Below, piece after piece: positions 63,405 to 64,000 of a stretch of 64,000 bases of DNA. Position 1 is the stretch's first letter, and each line of letters begins with the position of its first letter. Source of the DNA: Pacificimonas sp. GTDB taxonomy: Bacteria; Pseudomonadota; Alphaproteobacteria; Sphingomonadales; Sphingomonadaceae. The notes under the pieces are model-generated. The model searched no databases. It saw only the letters and a list, made by a program, of their open reading frames with translations, and was not told the origin of the DNA. The stretch is from NCBI GenBank assembly GCA_036351775.1, contig JAZBPX010000064.1:247241-311240 (forward strand), in the 5' to 3' direction. The position numbers and the translations under genes are program-made.

Positions 63405-63812
63405 CTAGGCCGCCAAACGCTCCTCGCATCTCCTGACTTGCGTCGTAATCGCCGCCCGCAGATCCTGAGGCTTGTCACCTGCCAGCACCTCGATCCAGCC
63501 GATTCCAGCTCTTCGCAGAGCCTCCCGCTTGACCGCGTCGCGGGCTGCAGCGTCCTTCTGATAGTGGCCGCTGCCCTGATATTCCAGCGCAGCAACTGGC
63601 CGCCAATTTTCATCGACGACGATCAGGTCGCAGCGCTTTGCATTGACTGCCAAATAAGCGCTCTTGCACGGCGACTGCACCGCTTCGCCAAGCGCGACCT
63701 GCGGGCAGACGCGCCAGCCCGGTGCGATTTCCGCCAGTACCGCTTCGGCCTCCGCCGCGACTCGCGCCTCTCGCTTCGAGAGCAGCGGCTGGGAGGCAAA
63801 CTGCGATTGCAT
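63405..63812 (-). CDS. DUF2726-like (restriction-endonuclease-fold) protein
   Basis: PQVALGEAV...KRCDLIVVDENWRPVAALEYQGSGHY...RDAVKREALRRAGIGWIEV resembles the DUF2726 core. The start is uncertain: ATG 63812, with the ORF open to 63995 near the window edge. Confidence 0.5.
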   Translation of the reverse strand: MQSQFASQPLLSKREARVAAEAEAVLAEIAPGWRVCPQVALGEAVQSPCKSAYLAVNAKRCDLIVVDENWRPVAALEYQGSGHYQKDAAARDAVKREALRRAGIGWIEVLAGDKPQDLRAAITTQVRRCEERLAA

Positions 63813-64000
63813 GACCTTTTCTAATTGCTCGGTAGCCGAGCGCTTGCCACCAGAGGTTCTGTTAACCGGGTTATGATCCCGTCCCGGCTTCCTTTCGCCA
63901 GTGACTGTCCGTGATCGGCCATTCAACCTCGGCACGGTCCGTAGCCGCTTTCGTTTGGGAAAGATGACGCTCGAGAACGTGCCGAAGATCATCACTCCGA

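Overview
This is a dense, very GC-rich chromosomal segment, almost certainly alphaproteobacterial. Gene content, the gsp operon layout, the crt genes and the intergenic palindromes suggest Sphingomonadales, but that is inference only because no database search was possible. I support about 60 protein genes, two tRNAs (Pro-CGG, Lys-UUU), one TPP riboswitch and several palindromic repeat elements.

Main blocks:
- 1-19.4 kb: housekeeping and metabolic genes, including the ilvC 3' end, YceI, an L,D-transpeptidase, a P450, an FprA-type reductase, PLD, folK and UDG.
- 19.4-30.3 kb: a complete 12-gene type II secretion operon, gspC-D-E-F-G-H-I-J-K-L-M-N, on the minus strand. It is mostly linked by 4-nt stop/start overlaps, and no prepilin peptidase is adjacent.
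- 30.4-35.9 kb: a divergent GspC-like lipoprotein, then a (Thr-Pro)12-linker lipoprotein paired with a TonB-dependent receptor.
- 36-48 kb: hydrolases, uvrB, lipoproteins and an S10 peptidase.
- 48-59 kb: a SulP sulfate permease followed by a carotenoid cluster (crtZ, a PAPS-type sulfotransferase, crtW, crtB, crtI, crtY and a CrtG-like hydroxylase).
- 60-64 kb: TPP riboswitch-thiC and edge genes.

The most interesting hypothesis is that the sulfotransferase wedged between crtZ and crtW is the unassigned carotenoid O-sulfotransferase. With CrtZ, CrtW and CrtG it would specify erythroxanthin- or caloxanthin-sulfate-type pigments.

Secondary observations:
- MITE/REP-like hairpin repeats sit at every junction of crtY-crtI-crtB, with compensatory stem changes and a 64-65 bp tandem array.
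- The GspD secretin has a SPOR-like C-terminal tail.
- An in-frame TAG splits a cyclophilin gene from its leader.
- A roughly 30 percent GC island lies in a divergent promoter region.

Limits: all family calls rest on motifs I recognise by eye in the supplied translations. Start codons are often uncertain, since TTG and GTG starts occur. The many long antisense ORFs typical of high-GC DNA were discarded.
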